Source of the DNA: Histomonas meleagridis 2922-C6/04-290x
Taxonomy: Eukaryota; Protista; Parabasalia
Length of the DNA: 64,000 bases
NCBI GenBank assembly: GCA_020184695.1
Contig: JAANOX010000083.1
Coordinates: 186,001-250,000, forward strand
Direction: 5' to 3'
Shown here piece by piece: positions 1 to 11,400 of this stretch. Numbering within the stretch: position 1 is the stretch's first letter; every line of letters starts with the position of its first letter. Made by a program: the position numbers and the translations under genes. The notes under the pieces are model-generated. The model worked only from the letters and a program-made list of their open reading frames with translations, did not search any database and had not been told where the DNA came from.

Positions 1-200
1 CTTTGATTCCTTCGTTGTTTTCGTTTTCTTTGTTTTCTTGCTTCACTTCACTTTTGTCTTCTTCTTTATCTTTTTCTTCAAGTTCGCTTTCTTTGATTAC
101 TTCGTTATTTTCGTTTTCATTGTTTTCTTCCTTTTCATCTTTTTCTTTGTTATTATCTTCTTCTTTCTTTTCTTTGCTTTCGTTCTCGTTTGTTTCTTTC
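1..200 (-). repeat. Low-complexity purine-rich coding repeat (E/K/N-rich tail)
   Basis: The minus strand reads GAA/AAA/AAC-rich codons (ENESKEKKEEDNNK...). This explains the S/F/L-rich antisense ORFs 3..542 and 38..439. Confidence 0.8.
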
Positions 201-2026
201 TCGGTCCAGAACTCGAATGTCACTGGTGCTCCGTTCTCTATCTTCAGCATTGCGAACTGTATTCCGTCCAATTCGTTATTGCACATCACCTTGAGCGCGC
301 ACACACCTCCGGGCATTATCATTCCTCTTGTTGGCTCCAGCGCGACGTTCTCCGGCACGAAGGACACCTCCCAACTTGCGATTGCGCACGAGACATTTGT
401 TATGAGCACTTCTTTGCATCCGTTTGTAATTCCGAATGAATTTGGCTCCGCAGTGCACTTAGGGAAAGAAAGCTTTGTAATTTCATTCAACTTTTTCATC
501 CGAATTTCGTTAAACGCTTCTTGTTTTTCCTTGATGACATAAGGGACAGGGAAAAGATATAAAGCGGAAACAGGTCTATGATCACTGAACATATTATCGG
601 GGTATGAAATGTATTCAGTGCATTTTGGTTGCGTTGGGAAATTCTTTTCGATTTCATTTGTGGAGAAATTCGATTCAGTTTCGAATTTCGTTTTAACATC
701 GGAAAGTCGTAAAATATCTGTTTCGAAAACAGGCTTATCAAAATTGCCAACAGAAAGACGAGGATGAGAACAGTGTACTAATATTCGGTCAGTGTATGAA
801 GGGATTCGTGTTATGTTATAATTGTTACAATGTTCTAAAAATTTATATGTCGGAGGAAATGTGATTTGTTCTTCATAATATGAAGAAAATTCTTTGTTCT
901 CTGCTTTATATTGAAGAAGTTGTTCGTTTTTGAAGAGTTCATCGATGTTATTATTTTCAATAAGTCTAACAACTTCTTCAGATGGAATATCAATGCGATA
1001 ATTTAAATCGCCAAAAAACACCGAATAATCGTATGGTGTTTTAGAGACTTCTTCTAATAATATATTGACTTCTGAATTTCGTTTTTGATAATTTTCATTG
1101 TGAGGAGTTAAATGACAGCCGATAAACGCTATCGTCGTGTTGCCGTTAATTGAGATGTACGATAGAACGGCACTTTTGTTGGCACCAAACCCATTTACAC
1201 CCAAACGAACAGAGCGATGGGTCTCACATTTGATTGTTTCTGTGATATCTTTAAGTTTAACAATGCGTAGGTAAACTCCACCGAGTGATTCTTCAAAGAT
1301 TTTTTCATATAAGTGATTCTCATCAGCTTGATCAAATACTTCGCCCCATTTTTGACAAAGCTCAGAATCACCAAAAACTACAGCATGAATCGAAAAGTCT
1401 ATTTCTTGTAATACAATTGCAACAATTTTGGCATTATGAGTAAATATATGTTTAGCAGATTCAAAGGTATCCGATTCTGGAGGCCTTTGGGCAACATTCC
1501 ATGTAACCATAAAAACTGGGAAATCTGCCAATTCTGTATAGAAATGAAAATTTTGTAAATTTGTTCTACGTATCCATGTATCACGTGCACCTGCAAATAG
1601 ACCAAGAGGAAAGAAAGGAACTGCTTCAGTATGTATTATATTTTCATTTGGTGACTTGTGTCCATATTTATTCAAAAAAGATTGATTGTAGGATTCAAAA
1701 TTATCTTTTTCAACTTTAGTTATGGACCTGCATACATTAATCTGGGAATTGATAAGATCTGAGCAAGTAAGATTCGGAAATAATAAATCTAAAGCAATAT
1801 GACCGTAATTGGAAAATGTAATTCTAATTTTTGTCTCGTTTAATACAGATAAAACATATGTATTGATTGGAAAACATGCAATGACATTATCTTTCTTGAA
1901 ATATAGAAAGGCTTTGAAAAGTGAATCTTCTGCAAGTGCAATACCAACATTAAGCGATTCTGACGAATTTGCTAATATTGCTTTGAATTCTATCCAAGAT
2001 CCGCAGGTAGACAAAAACGAATCCAT
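1..2026 (-). CDS. Inositol polyphosphate 5-phosphatase (OCRL/INPP5B-like), 3' end runs off the window
   Basis: Not in the ORF track because no stop lies inside the window. Manual translation from the ATG at 2026 gives in-frame motifs VTWNVAQ (~1500), FGDLNYRI (~1010), PSYTDRILV and SDHRPV (~580), then a beta-rich ASH-like segment and an E/K/N low-complexity tail. I checked the frame at these anchors. Confidence 0.88.
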   Translation of the reverse strand, partial: MDSFLSTCGSWIEFKAILANSSESLNVGIALAEDSLFKAFLYFKKDNVIACFPINTYVLSVLNETKIRITFSNYGHIALDLLFPNLTCSDLINSQINVCRSITKVEKDNFESYNQSFLNKYGHKSPNENIIHTEAVPFFPLGLFAGARDTWIRRTNLQNFHFYTELADFPVFMVTWNVAQRPPESDTFESAKHIFTHNAKIVAIVLQEIDFSIHAVVFGDSELCQKWGEVFDQADENHLYEKIFEESLGGVYLRIVKLKDITETIKCETHRSVRLGVNGFGANKSAVLSYISINGNTTIAFIGCHLTPHNENYQKRNSEVNILLEEVSKTPYDYSVFFGDLNYRIDIPSEEVVRLIENNNIDELFKNEQLLQYKAENKEFSSYYEEQITFPPTYKFLEHCNNYNITRIPSYTDRILVHCSHPRLSVGNFDKPVFETDILRLSDVKTKFETESNFSTNEIEKNFPTQPKCTEYISYPDNMFSDHRPVSALYLFPVPYVIKEKQEAFNEIRMKKLNEITKLSFPKCTAEPNSFGITNGCKEVLITNVSCAIASWEVSFVPENVALEPTRGMIMPGGVCALKVMCNNELDGIQFAMLKIENGAPVTFEFWTEKETNENESKEKKEEDNNKEKDEKEENNENENNEVIKESELEEKDKEEDKSEVKQENKENENNEGIK

Positions 2027-2594
2027 GCAATATTAAAAAAGTGTCAAAACGATGAAATAAAAAAATGAAAATATCTTGAAATTTATTTGAGATAGCTTAC
2101 ATTAAATATAAACATATTCCCAACATAAAATATAATATTCTGTTACTATGTAAATAATTTTCTAAATATGTTATATATAGTGTTTCTTGTAAGAGGTTTT
2201 GGTTGTAAAATTTTTGTATAATTATTTTAACGTACAATGAAAAACTGCGGATAATTCAAAAATCTTTTTATTACAACATAAACAAATTTTTTATGACTGA
2301 ATCAAGCTTGATCAAAATAAAACCACGTGAGACATACGTATGATTTTTGGTTAGAATGATGTTACTGAATTGTTGCATTAGGTTTTTTTAAGCTTTGTCA
2401 AAAAAATTGTATTGAAATCAGCACTATGAATTTTATTAATAAAAATGAAATAAGAACAGGTCAAAAAGGAATTGGTGTTAAATTTTCAAAAGTTATCCAT
2501 TAGTATATGATAATACCTGCATACAAAAATGAAGAAATTAAATGTTGAGGGTTTAGATCTAGTGCGAAGAAGATAAAAGAAAGTACATAAACAT

Positions 2595-3128
2595 TTATAG
2601 ATTGAGAATGATTTCGATTTCACTTGTTTCCTGATTAATTACAGGATTAAGTTGAACATCAGCAAGAGCAAGAAGAATTGATTCCTTTTCCATTCCATGA
2701 CTCGCGAGAGATTTAGCCACTAAAGCAATGATTTTTTCTTTTTCTGGGAAAGATCCACTCATTGCTTTTTTAAGTATATGATCTTTAAGTCTCACCTGTG
2801 GAGGCTGACGTACTGTTGTTGTACTTGTGTATGGAGATTTTGTATTTCTGTCTGATGAATTTAATAATCTAGATGTTAGATAACTTGGTTTTGTTCTTTT
2901 TTTAGTCTTTCCATATGTTCGAGCATTTGCTGGCAGCGGGTAATTCAAATCATGATGTTTTCTATTAAGTCTTGCTAATTCGTCGTAATGTTTAATCATA
3001 TCATTCCTGTAAGGTGCAGGATTTAAATTGCGTGCCATTTTGTCATACTCAGTAACTCTTTCAGTACTAATTATTGAGTCAAATTTTCTTGCTGTTGTTG
3101 TTCCAAAGCGTTTTTCTGTTGTTCTCAT
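2595..3128 (-). CDS. Hypothetical protein, 177 aa
   Basis: ATG-started ORF with plausible composition; no recognisable motif. Confidence 0.7.
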   Translation of the reverse strand: MRTTEKRFGTTTARKFDSIISTERVTEYDKMARNLNPAPYRNDMIKHYDELARLNRKHHDLNYPLPANARTYGKTKKRTKPSYLTSRLLNSSDRNTKSPYTSTTTVRQPPQVRLKDHILKKAMSGSFPEKEKIIALVAKSLASHGMEKESILLALADVQLNPVINQETSEIEIILNL

Positions 3129-3475
3129 ATGTTTTTAACGTATTTTATCCACTCAACTGATAAAATCTTCATAACCAGAAGTAATACAAAATTAAAGGAT
3201 ATCAATGTTTTCCCGTTGCTTTTTATATTTTAGCTCAAATATTGTTCCAAATTATTTTGTATAATTTATAATTTCAATTCACAATTTCGTCAAGAGAAAC
3301 TCAAAGTGATTTAAATTCATTAATACTGTTCAACGTTCACCACCTCATATTATTAATAGCGTTAATACAACAGATCAAATTATCTATGACAAAAATAAAA
3401 AGGTGAATTATTTATTCATCTTGATTTATTTACCCTTATCGTCATTTAAAGGGTAATTTTACTTGCTAAAAAAAC

Positions 3476-4852
3476 ATGTCCGAAGAAGAAGACGAAGAAG
3501 TTTTTTTTGACGGTGATGGCGACGGTAATGAGGATGGTGAAGATTTTCCCCAAGAAGGATATGATGAAGTAGGAGGTGAAGGTAATGAAGAATATCAAGA
3601 TGGTGCTGATTCTCCAGAGAATCTTTATCTTAGTGCCAAGAGTTCTATTGGTATTGATGACAATTATTCCATTGATGTTTTTTATCAAATCTATCAAAAT
3701 CTTGATGCCCCAGAAAATCTTCGAATGAAGTCAATTTGCCGTGCTTCTATATGTTTATCATCTCTTGGCGACATTGATGGTACTCTTCAATCCATGAATG
3801 ATCTTTTTGAACTTTATTCCCATGAAGAACTTTCACCACGAAAATTAGAGCGAACACTTCGACAAATCCTCCAAAACTTCCTCTCCAACGAGACCAAACT
3901 TCTTCAATTTCTGAAGTATTGTACTGATCATATTGATCGCATTAACATGCTTAAACTTTTCCTCGACTTCAAATTACGCCAATGCGAAGTCATCATGCAA
4001 AACCAAGACTACCCCGTCGCGCAAGAATACCTGGACGAAATCGAGCAGCTGTGTCCATTCCCACCGGATTATACTGACGAAGCGATGTGTTCCATTGTCA
4101 TGCGAATGCTCATTTTGAAAATCGAATTTTGCGATTTGCATCACAACGAAGACGAGATCATATCCATCTACAACGAAGCCTCACAGATTCCACGCACGAC
4201 ATTAAACACACGACAGAACGGAGTCATCAACAAAATCGAAGGAATTATACTCCTTCGCTCACATAATCCCTCCGAAGCCTATAATAAATTTAACGAATCG
4301 TTCCGCTGCTTCAACGAGTGCGGCGGTACCTCGCAAGTGCAAGTGCTGCCGTACTGCGCGTTGGCGTGCATGTGGGCGCAGAAGGAATGCGACTTCTTCA
4401 TCGCGCCGGAAGTGCAATGCTTCTGTACGCATCCGGTCGTGGCGCCGTTGTACCAATTAGCGGAAGCGTACGAGAAAAGAGATATAGTCCTGTTCAACGA
4501 TAAGCTCGAATCAGCAGAGAAAGTTTTGGATGGTGAAATATATCACCAAATTTTTGATGAGATTAGGAAATTTGTGTTGAGATGTGCAATTGTGAACTTC
4601 TGTTGCTCGTTCGATGAGGTCGAAATCGTTTATATGGCAAAGACTTTGAGCTCAGAGCCGAACGAATGTTTCGATATTTGCATCGATTTGATCCTTGGTA
4701 ATGAGTTGAACGCTGTGATAGATAGGCAAAAGGGAATACTGAGAATGCTCCCGGCGAAAAAGGAATCGATTTATTTGAGCAACATAAAGCAATTGGTGAT
4801 GGAAATTGAGGCGCGTGTGCGCAGGCAAAAGGTAAAAGTGAAAGTGAAATAA
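3476..4852 (+). CDS. PCI-domain protein, COP9 signalosome subunit 2-like
   Basis: Acidic N-terminus; segments such as GVINKIEGIILLR..AYNKFNESFRCFNECG and LYQLAEAYEKRDIVLF parallel CSN2 (GVIRECGGKMHLR..AHTDFFEAFKNYDESG; LVSAYQNNDITEF); C-terminal PCI winged helix (..LILGNELNAVIDRQKGIL). Confidence 0.75.
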   Translation: MSEEEDEEVFFDGDGDGNEDGEDFPQEGYDEVGGEGNEEYQDGADSPENLYLSAKSSIGIDDNYSIDVFYQIYQNLDAPENLRMKSICRASICLSSLGDIDGTLQSMNDLFELYSHEELSPRKLERTLRQILQNFLSNETKLLQFLKYCTDHIDRINMLKLFLDFKLRQCEVIMQNQDYPVAQEYLDEIEQLCPFPPDYTDEAMCSIVMRMLILKIEFCDLHHNEDEIISIYNEASQIPRTTLNTRQNGVINKIEGIILLRSHNPSEAYNKFNESFRCFNECGGTSQVQVLPYCALACMWAQKECDFFIAPEVQCFCTHPVVAPLYQLAEAYEKRDIVLFNDKLESAEKVLDGEIYHQIFDEIRKFVLRCAIVNFCCSFDEVEIVYMAKTLSSEPNECFDICIDLILGNELNAVIDRQKGILRMLPAKKESIYLSNIKQLVMEIEARVRRQKVKVKVK

Positions 4853-5645
4853 ATTGAAAAGTATTAACTATTAATAAAAACAAAACTTATCAAATGAATT
4901 TTGTTCTTTAGAAAATAATTGTTGTGAATAATAAATTTATTATTTGTGTTATTTCATAAATGATGTGATATTGTTAAAATTCCCTTTTTGTAATTGGAAT
5001 ATAATTAAAATTTTTTTTTCCCTTTTATAAATTGCATAATATTCGAACAAATTGTGATTGATTAAATGAACTTAGGTTTATAATTTTGGTGAGTTATATT
5101 TAAATATAAATAAAATTACTTATTTAATATGTTCGAAATTAAATGTATTTTGATATTTTTAATAGATTATTTAATTTATATATAGAAATGTAATAGAATG
5201 TTTAAATTAAATCGTAATTCAGTAAAAGTATGATTTTATTAAATAAATTATAATGATAAATGATCAAGATCGATTATGTTTTAATAAAAGCCTTCTCTTG
5301 TATATATTCCTTTTCTTTTTTTAAACATCCTATCCAACATTTGTTGATGATTTTCTGCATCAATATATTATTGATTTAAGAACCAAATATATAATATGTT
5401 AAAAAAAATACTTTTTTTATATTTGATAATAATTATAAATGAATAACACTAATTTTTTAAAGAAATATTTCACTCATTCATAGTATGTTTTATAAGAAAT
5501 TGATCATAACAAAATTATAATTAAAAACCTTTTAAAGGAATGCTTTGCTTATGTTGAAATGAATTTTTGGGTAAAAAATAACAAAAGAAAAAAATAACTT
5601 ATTATCAATAAGTCATTGAAAATAAATATATTCTAAATAAAAAGT

Positions 5646-5978
5646 TTAGATAATCATGAAATTGCTTACTAATATTTGTGAGTTAGAATGTTGAAATACA
5701 ATTGTGAAAGCAGACAACTTATTTCCAAATAAACAAGTGCCATTCACCAATGTTTTTGTTGGCAAAAGATTTAAATATGAGAAATTCAAAATTTGAAGTT
5801 CTTTTCCTTGTTGGATCAAATAATTTGAAGCATCTTGCCTTCCACATTTTCGATCAGTAATTGTTATTTCACAATCTTCTGTGAAAAGACTTTCTATTTC
5901 CGTCCTATTTGTCAAGAACTTACAAAATATATTTAAAATCATCTTGAGGTCAGCGAAAGGATTGTTATTGTTATACAT
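5646..5978 (-). CDS. Small NTF2-like fold protein, 110 aa
   Basis: Pattern FCKFLTNRTEIESLFTEDCEITI...LVNGTCLF...FTIVF...ILVSNFMI resembles NTF2/NXT1-like domains. Confidence 0.55.
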   Translation of the reverse strand: MYNNNNPFADLKMILNIFCKFLTNRTEIESLFTEDCEITITDRKCGRQDASNYLIQQGKELQILNFSYLNLLPTKTLVNGTCLFGNKLSAFTIVFQHSNSQILVSNFMII

Positions 5979-6037
5979 TTTTTAGGCTAATCTAAACAAA
6001 CTTTGTCAAAATAAAAGACCGTTAACATACAATTTAA

Positions 6038-7402
6038 ATGGCGCTTAGAGAAATTGAAGAAATTGAAGAGGAGCCAATTCTCGTTACAGAAGATGATTTA
6101 AAATATACGTGTAATTCGTTGTTAAAGGAAGTACAAAAAATAGAAAACATCCCTCAACAAAATAATGAAATGATTTCAAGATCAGAAAGAAACATTATTA
6201 ATTTACTTACAAAACTTCAAGAATGCGAAGGCATTGATGGGTTTAATGAGGTACTATTTGAATCTCCTGTAACTCAAAAATTTTCAGCATTAATTCAATG
6301 CCCAAACACAGAAATTTCTTCTCTCTTCATTTCAATTCTTACAGATGTATGCGAAAACACAAACTCGATCCCAATTGTTAAGCGAGGTAATTATCTTGAA
6401 ATTGCAATTTCTCGTTGTGTTACGGTCAATTTTATTGAAGTCCAACCAGACGCCCAACTCCTATATGGAACTTTCAATCTCATTGCCACGATTCTGGATG
6501 GATGTGAAGATGCTCCAGATTATGCCACACATTTATTACAAGACACTGAAGTTCTTAGCCTCATCGAAAAACAGTTTATCAGAGATGACTTTGATGAGAA
6601 CGTTCTTGCAGCCACAGAAACTTTAGCCATCCTTCTCCAAATTCAGCCATCGTTCATTTCCAAAATTGACATTGGTCTTGTCAATCTTTTGGTTCGTTTT
6701 TGTGCCAATCTTCAAAATCCCAAATCAGCGAGCGAAATTGAAGCTGCGCACAACGCATTTAATTCTGTCATATTAATTGGTCTCGATGAAATCGGTAATG
6801 AAAAGCTCGTAGAACTTCGTGCAATTGATATTCTTCTTAACTGTTGGACACCACATTCATCTGTTGCTCTTTTAGCAATCAGATCTGTTGAGTCTGTTCT
6901 TTCTGCATCAAAAGCTTGTTGTGAACAATTTATCGAAGGCGGCGGCATCAAAAAGCTTTTTAGTGCACTTAATGATCAAATGATTGTCAAATCCCAAAAA
7001 TTCTGTGTTCCAATTGTTGGGATATTAGACTCACTTCTTACTATCCTTGACACCGATTCCACTTATTTCATGAGAGTTATGAGGAAGTTTGAGGAGAAAG
7101 AATGTGAGAAAGTTGAGAGAATTGTTCAAATTGCAGAATTTTTATTTGATATTGTCGATGAGAAAAATCCGGATTCACTTGATAATTTACAATTATGTTG
7201 TTGTATTATTATGGTTATTTTTGGGTATGGATCAATTGAAATCCAAACAAAATTGATTCAAGAAATTTCAGATTCCGAATCAATTGATTTTCAATTAGTT
7301 GTTGACTCAGCCGAATTAAGAATTGACGAAGCAAAGTCAATTGCTGATAGAGTTAGAAAAGGTATCGAAATGATACAAAAAGTGGTAGATGTAAACATTT
7401 GA
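6038..7402 (+). CDS. Beta-catenin-like protein 1 (CTNNBL1-like, armadillo repeats; PRP19 spliceosomal complex)
   Basis: LYGTFNLIATIL...DDFDENVLAATETLAILLQ parallels CTNNBL1 GVHNTLAIVENM...FDANKLYCSEVLAILLQ; also GGGIKKLF and EKVERIVQI. Confidence 0.65.
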   Translation: MALREIEEIEEEPILVTEDDLKYTCNSLLKEVQKIENIPQQNNEMISRSERNIINLLTKLQECEGIDGFNEVLFESPVTQKFSALIQCPNTEISSLFISILTDVCENTNSIPIVKRGNYLEIAISRCVTVNFIEVQPDAQLLYGTFNLIATILDGCEDAPDYATHLLQDTEVLSLIEKQFIRDDFDENVLAATETLAILLQIQPSFISKIDIGLVNLLVRFCANLQNPKSASEIEAAHNAFNSVILIGLDEIGNEKLVELRAIDILLNCWTPHSSVALLAIRSVESVLSASKACCEQFIEGGGIKKLFSALNDQMIVKSQKFCVPIVGILDSLLTILDTDSTYFMRVMRKFEEKECEKVERIVQIAEFLFDIVDEKNPDSLDNLQLCCCIIMVIFGYGSIEIQTKLIQEISDSESIDFQLVVDSAELRIDEAKSIADRVRKGIEMIQKVVDVNI

Positions 7403-7498
7403 TATTTTTAACGTTCTTTATTAAACGGCTGTTTCACGAAATTTCAATGTAAACGGTTTACATTCAGCACGATATAAAACCGTCCAGTCAACAACAAA

Positions 7499-8092
7499 AT
7501 GGTGAAAAACGAAATCGTGTGCACATTTACAAAATCAAAATTAATCCTTATACTCTTGTCTATCCTCTATTTTATAGGGTTGACGTGGTCAATTTTTTAT
7601 TCAGGAATTTGGGCTTCAACTGATGTTTTTGATTATGCATACAGTGCTTGCCCGTTCGTCCTTATTATCATGGTACCAATAGAAATTATCTTTGCTTCAA
7701 TATCTGTAATTATTTATTGCTGTTGCACAAACAAAGTTGCATTCAAGGTTTTTGCATGGATAACAGCCGTTATAAGCATTGGTCCCATTGTTACCCACGG
7801 TGTTTCTCTTTCGGACACTAATCCTACAAGATGTGCTAATATTTACATCTCAGCACAAAAATATCATAAAACTGAAATTGTGCAAGGTTGTTTTGATGCC
7901 AATTCTAACAATGCTGCTTTGTTATCATTTTACACCTTGACTCATGTCCTGCTTTTAATCCATTTAATAATGATCAACTTTGGTATACCTCCTCCTGAAC
8001 CGGTTTCAACACAACCAATGTCATTAAAAAATAATCAAGTATACTCACAAAATGCTCCACCTCAACCAACTGGATACTCACAATTTTACTAA
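7499..8092 (+). CDS. Four-TM membrane protein, tetraspanin-like topology
   Basis: Three N-terminal hydrophobic helices with a CCC motif, a Cys-containing loop, a fourth TM and a Pro/Gln/Tyr-rich tail. Confidence 0.6.
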   Translation: MVKNEIVCTFTKSKLILILLSILYFIGLTWSIFYSGIWASTDVFDYAYSACPFVLIIMVPIEIIFASISVIIYCCCTNKVAFKVFAWITAVISIGPIVTHGVSLSDTNPTRCANIYISAQKYHKTEIVQGCFDANSNNAALLSFYTLTHVLLLIHLIMINFGIPPPEPVSTQPMSLKNNQVYSQNAPPQPTGYSQFY

Positions 8093-8479
8093 ATATTATA
8101 TTTAAATTCTTTAATAAAATGAAATACTGTGAAATATTTTTTAAACCAACACAAACCTTAACTAAAGACACATTTTTAAATGATTTTTTTTTATATATCA
8201 GAGGTTCTTTTAAGGTGCAAACTGTTTTACATTTCAATATTGTTTAACGTTCGTTTTGCAAAACATATTTTTTACACATTCGTAAACATTTATTTTCACA
8301 AAATTTTAAACATATGTTACCATTTTTTGAATTTTACTTGAAATGTGATCGTATTTAATTTGTTTAATTTTTCAGATTAACAATTTAGAACCAGTGAAAC
8401 ATCATAAAGCGCATCAGCATATTCCAAATTCTTTATTTCAATAAAATGAAAACAAATTCAAATATTTAATATTATTTAT

Positions 8480-11400
8480 TTATTCTGATAACTGAATGAA
8501 CTTTTCTATCACTTCGAGCAAGTTCTTAAATTCGTGATATTTTGCAGTTATTGCCACAGTTTTCATAAATTCCAACATTTCATCCTTCGCCACTGAAGTC
8601 TTTAATTTTCCACCGTCTTCACAAGTTAACATTAATTTTCTTCCTTGTACCTTTTTACATTTTTCGCATCTTAAGTCTTGTGTCATATAGAACTGATATC
8701 TTCTTGAGAATTCTTCGAATATCCATCTTTCGAATATTCGCACGTCATAAGGCTGCTGACAAAATATGCAGAGCCAATTTCCTTCTAATATATCTTCATC
8801 TCTTAAGACGTCGATATTTCTAACGCTTAAACAATGATGACATAAAACATTTGGTATTGTCAATGATAGCGAAGGATCATCAAACTTTGCGCGTTGATCA
8901 AATTCACCGATATTTAGAATTGTTAAAATATTTCTTCGTAATGATTGAATTTGATGTTGAATCTTTTCATCACCTAAACCATCGATTACATAAAATATTG
9001 TGTTTATCAATAATAAGAAATCGTTCACTTGTAATGAAGTTTTCTTTCGAAGTTTATTATCGATAATTGTTGGAGTTAAACGAGCTGAATCAGCCATCTT
9101 AAATAAAGCCATTGAAGCTGATTTAAAGAAGTCTTTAAGTTGATGAACTTCGAATAACATCAAATCATTAAAGAACTCGATTAAATAATCGGAATATTTC
9201 TCAGGTAAAAACTTGGAGATATTCCATGTCGATAAATAACGTTCAGTATCGAAAGTTCCTTGATAATTAAACTCATCAATCCATACAAGTTTCGTATAGT
9301 CATGAATAACTTCGAAATCAATCCATCTTAATAATTGTTTGTTCTTTAGCTCAATGAATGCATGATCAGGTGAGAAGTCGCCAATATTTAATATGAGACG
9401 TGATTGATCAGCAAAGATCACTGGAATATCAGAACTATTAAAGTGTGATATCATTTGTTTGAATAAAATTGTTAGAAAATGATAAAAGACAGAATGTAAT
9501 GCAGGATCATAAAAAACAGAACTTGATGAGCCTAACCATGTACCAATATGTCCGATTAATGATGATAATATATTACTTTCATTTTGACATTTGGTGACTA
9601 TTTTAGATAAGAAATTAGATAATATATTAAATACTGGAGCAGTAATAGTGATTGCATCTAATGACGGCTTAGAATTAAAGTCTTCAAATGATGGAGTTAT
9701 ATGTTGTGGTAAATATTGATCAATTAATGTTTGACATTCAATAATTGCTGATGTAGATAAATGTGATACTCGATATTCGATACATCGTGACATATATGTA
9801 CCTTTTTTATTTTCACATAATGATGAAAATGGATCACCGGGCGTAGATATTAATGTATTAGAATATGACCCTCCAATATCAGGTTCGGATGATTCTGAAT
9901 ACCATAAAGCATAATTATTTTGGATTAATTCTCGTGCAAATAATATATCAAGTGCTTTCATACAAATGTCTTCATTTAAATTGCCTATCGGTATATTCAA
10001 TAATTGTGCGTAATTTAATCGTTGGCTGAGATCAATTTGGAATTGTAAATAACGGGTAATAAAGTTCTCAAAAACCGTGATGTCCCATCTTTGATTAGAC
10101 TCATTATAAAAGTCATCACTTTCAGGGAAATCTAAAGTAATTATAGGATAATTATGTAATGTAGTAACCTTCAATGAAGTTAAAAGTTGATCAAGTGTTA
10201 AATGAGAATTTAATATTATAACTGTATTATTATTACGTCCAAATTTACTTAATGTGTTTTGAAGTAATTGAGCTGATTCACGTACAGTTTGGACATGTTT
10301 TATATTATAATTTCCTATTTTAACGATAGGAATATCATTTGTAATACGTTGTAATGCAGCTTCTTGAATATTCTTTAATGGTGGTGTAGATAAATCATTC
10401 GGATCTGGATAAAACATAAAAATTGTTGCATCAGTGACTTCTGAATCTAATAAAATTGGTACCATTGCTATCATTCCTTTACGTTTCGAATAACATGAAT
10501 ATATAAATATTTTGTTGATTCCATCAAAAATTGGTAATTGTAATGTTTTTGATTGTTTTATATTAGGTAATATCCATTTATTCTTCTTATATGGGTTTAT
10601 AGATAATCCTAAGTTACATAATGCTCTAAAGATTGGTGGTACATTCGTTTCATATACACCATAAACTCCTGCACTACTAAATGATGAAGTTAATATTGAT
10701 TTATGTGTTAAAAACTCAGATTCGGACATTGTAAATTTAGTAACAACATCAGGTGGAAATGAATGTGGTAAATTAATTTTAACTTGTTTAGCTTTATCTT
10801 TCATATGTTGTTGAAAGATTTCAGCTGCTTCAGATGTAGAATTAATATAAAATATTCGTGGCACATCAATTTCGATTCGATTAATTACTTTAGGTGCGAC
10901 TTGTATAAATGCTATAATTGTTCCAGGTTGTGATGATGGTCTAATTTCGATAACACGCCATTCATTAAATGAAGTTGTAGAAACACGATTTTCAATTGCA
11001 ATTGATCGGTTCAATCTCCAATTCTTTTTAATCATTAAAAGTTTCTTTTGATAATCTGTTAATTTATCATAATCTCTAATAGCTTTTTGACGAATAATTT
11101 TTGGTCTTTCAGTTGCTGCTTCAAAGTTAAGTTTTGTTTGACCTTTCATTAATTTTTGTTCTTTTTGTCTCTTAATTACCCAATCAGGAGGAGGAACATC
11201 GAAGTTTTTAATTGTAATTCCTTGAAGCATTGAAGGGATAATTAAAATCTTTTGTAAAGCTGAATAAAGTCTATTTGTATAATAATCCCAATCAATAATA
11301 TCTCTAAAATCAGTCGTTTGTAATGTACTATCATTTGTCCATTTTCTTAAGAAGAACAAAATTCTTTCTTGAGAATTATCTCGAAATATTATAACAGGAA

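Noticed and set aside
3-542. S/F/L-rich ORFs 3..542 and 38..439 (+)
   Set aside because: Antisense shadows of the low-complexity tail of the minus-strand 5-phosphatase.
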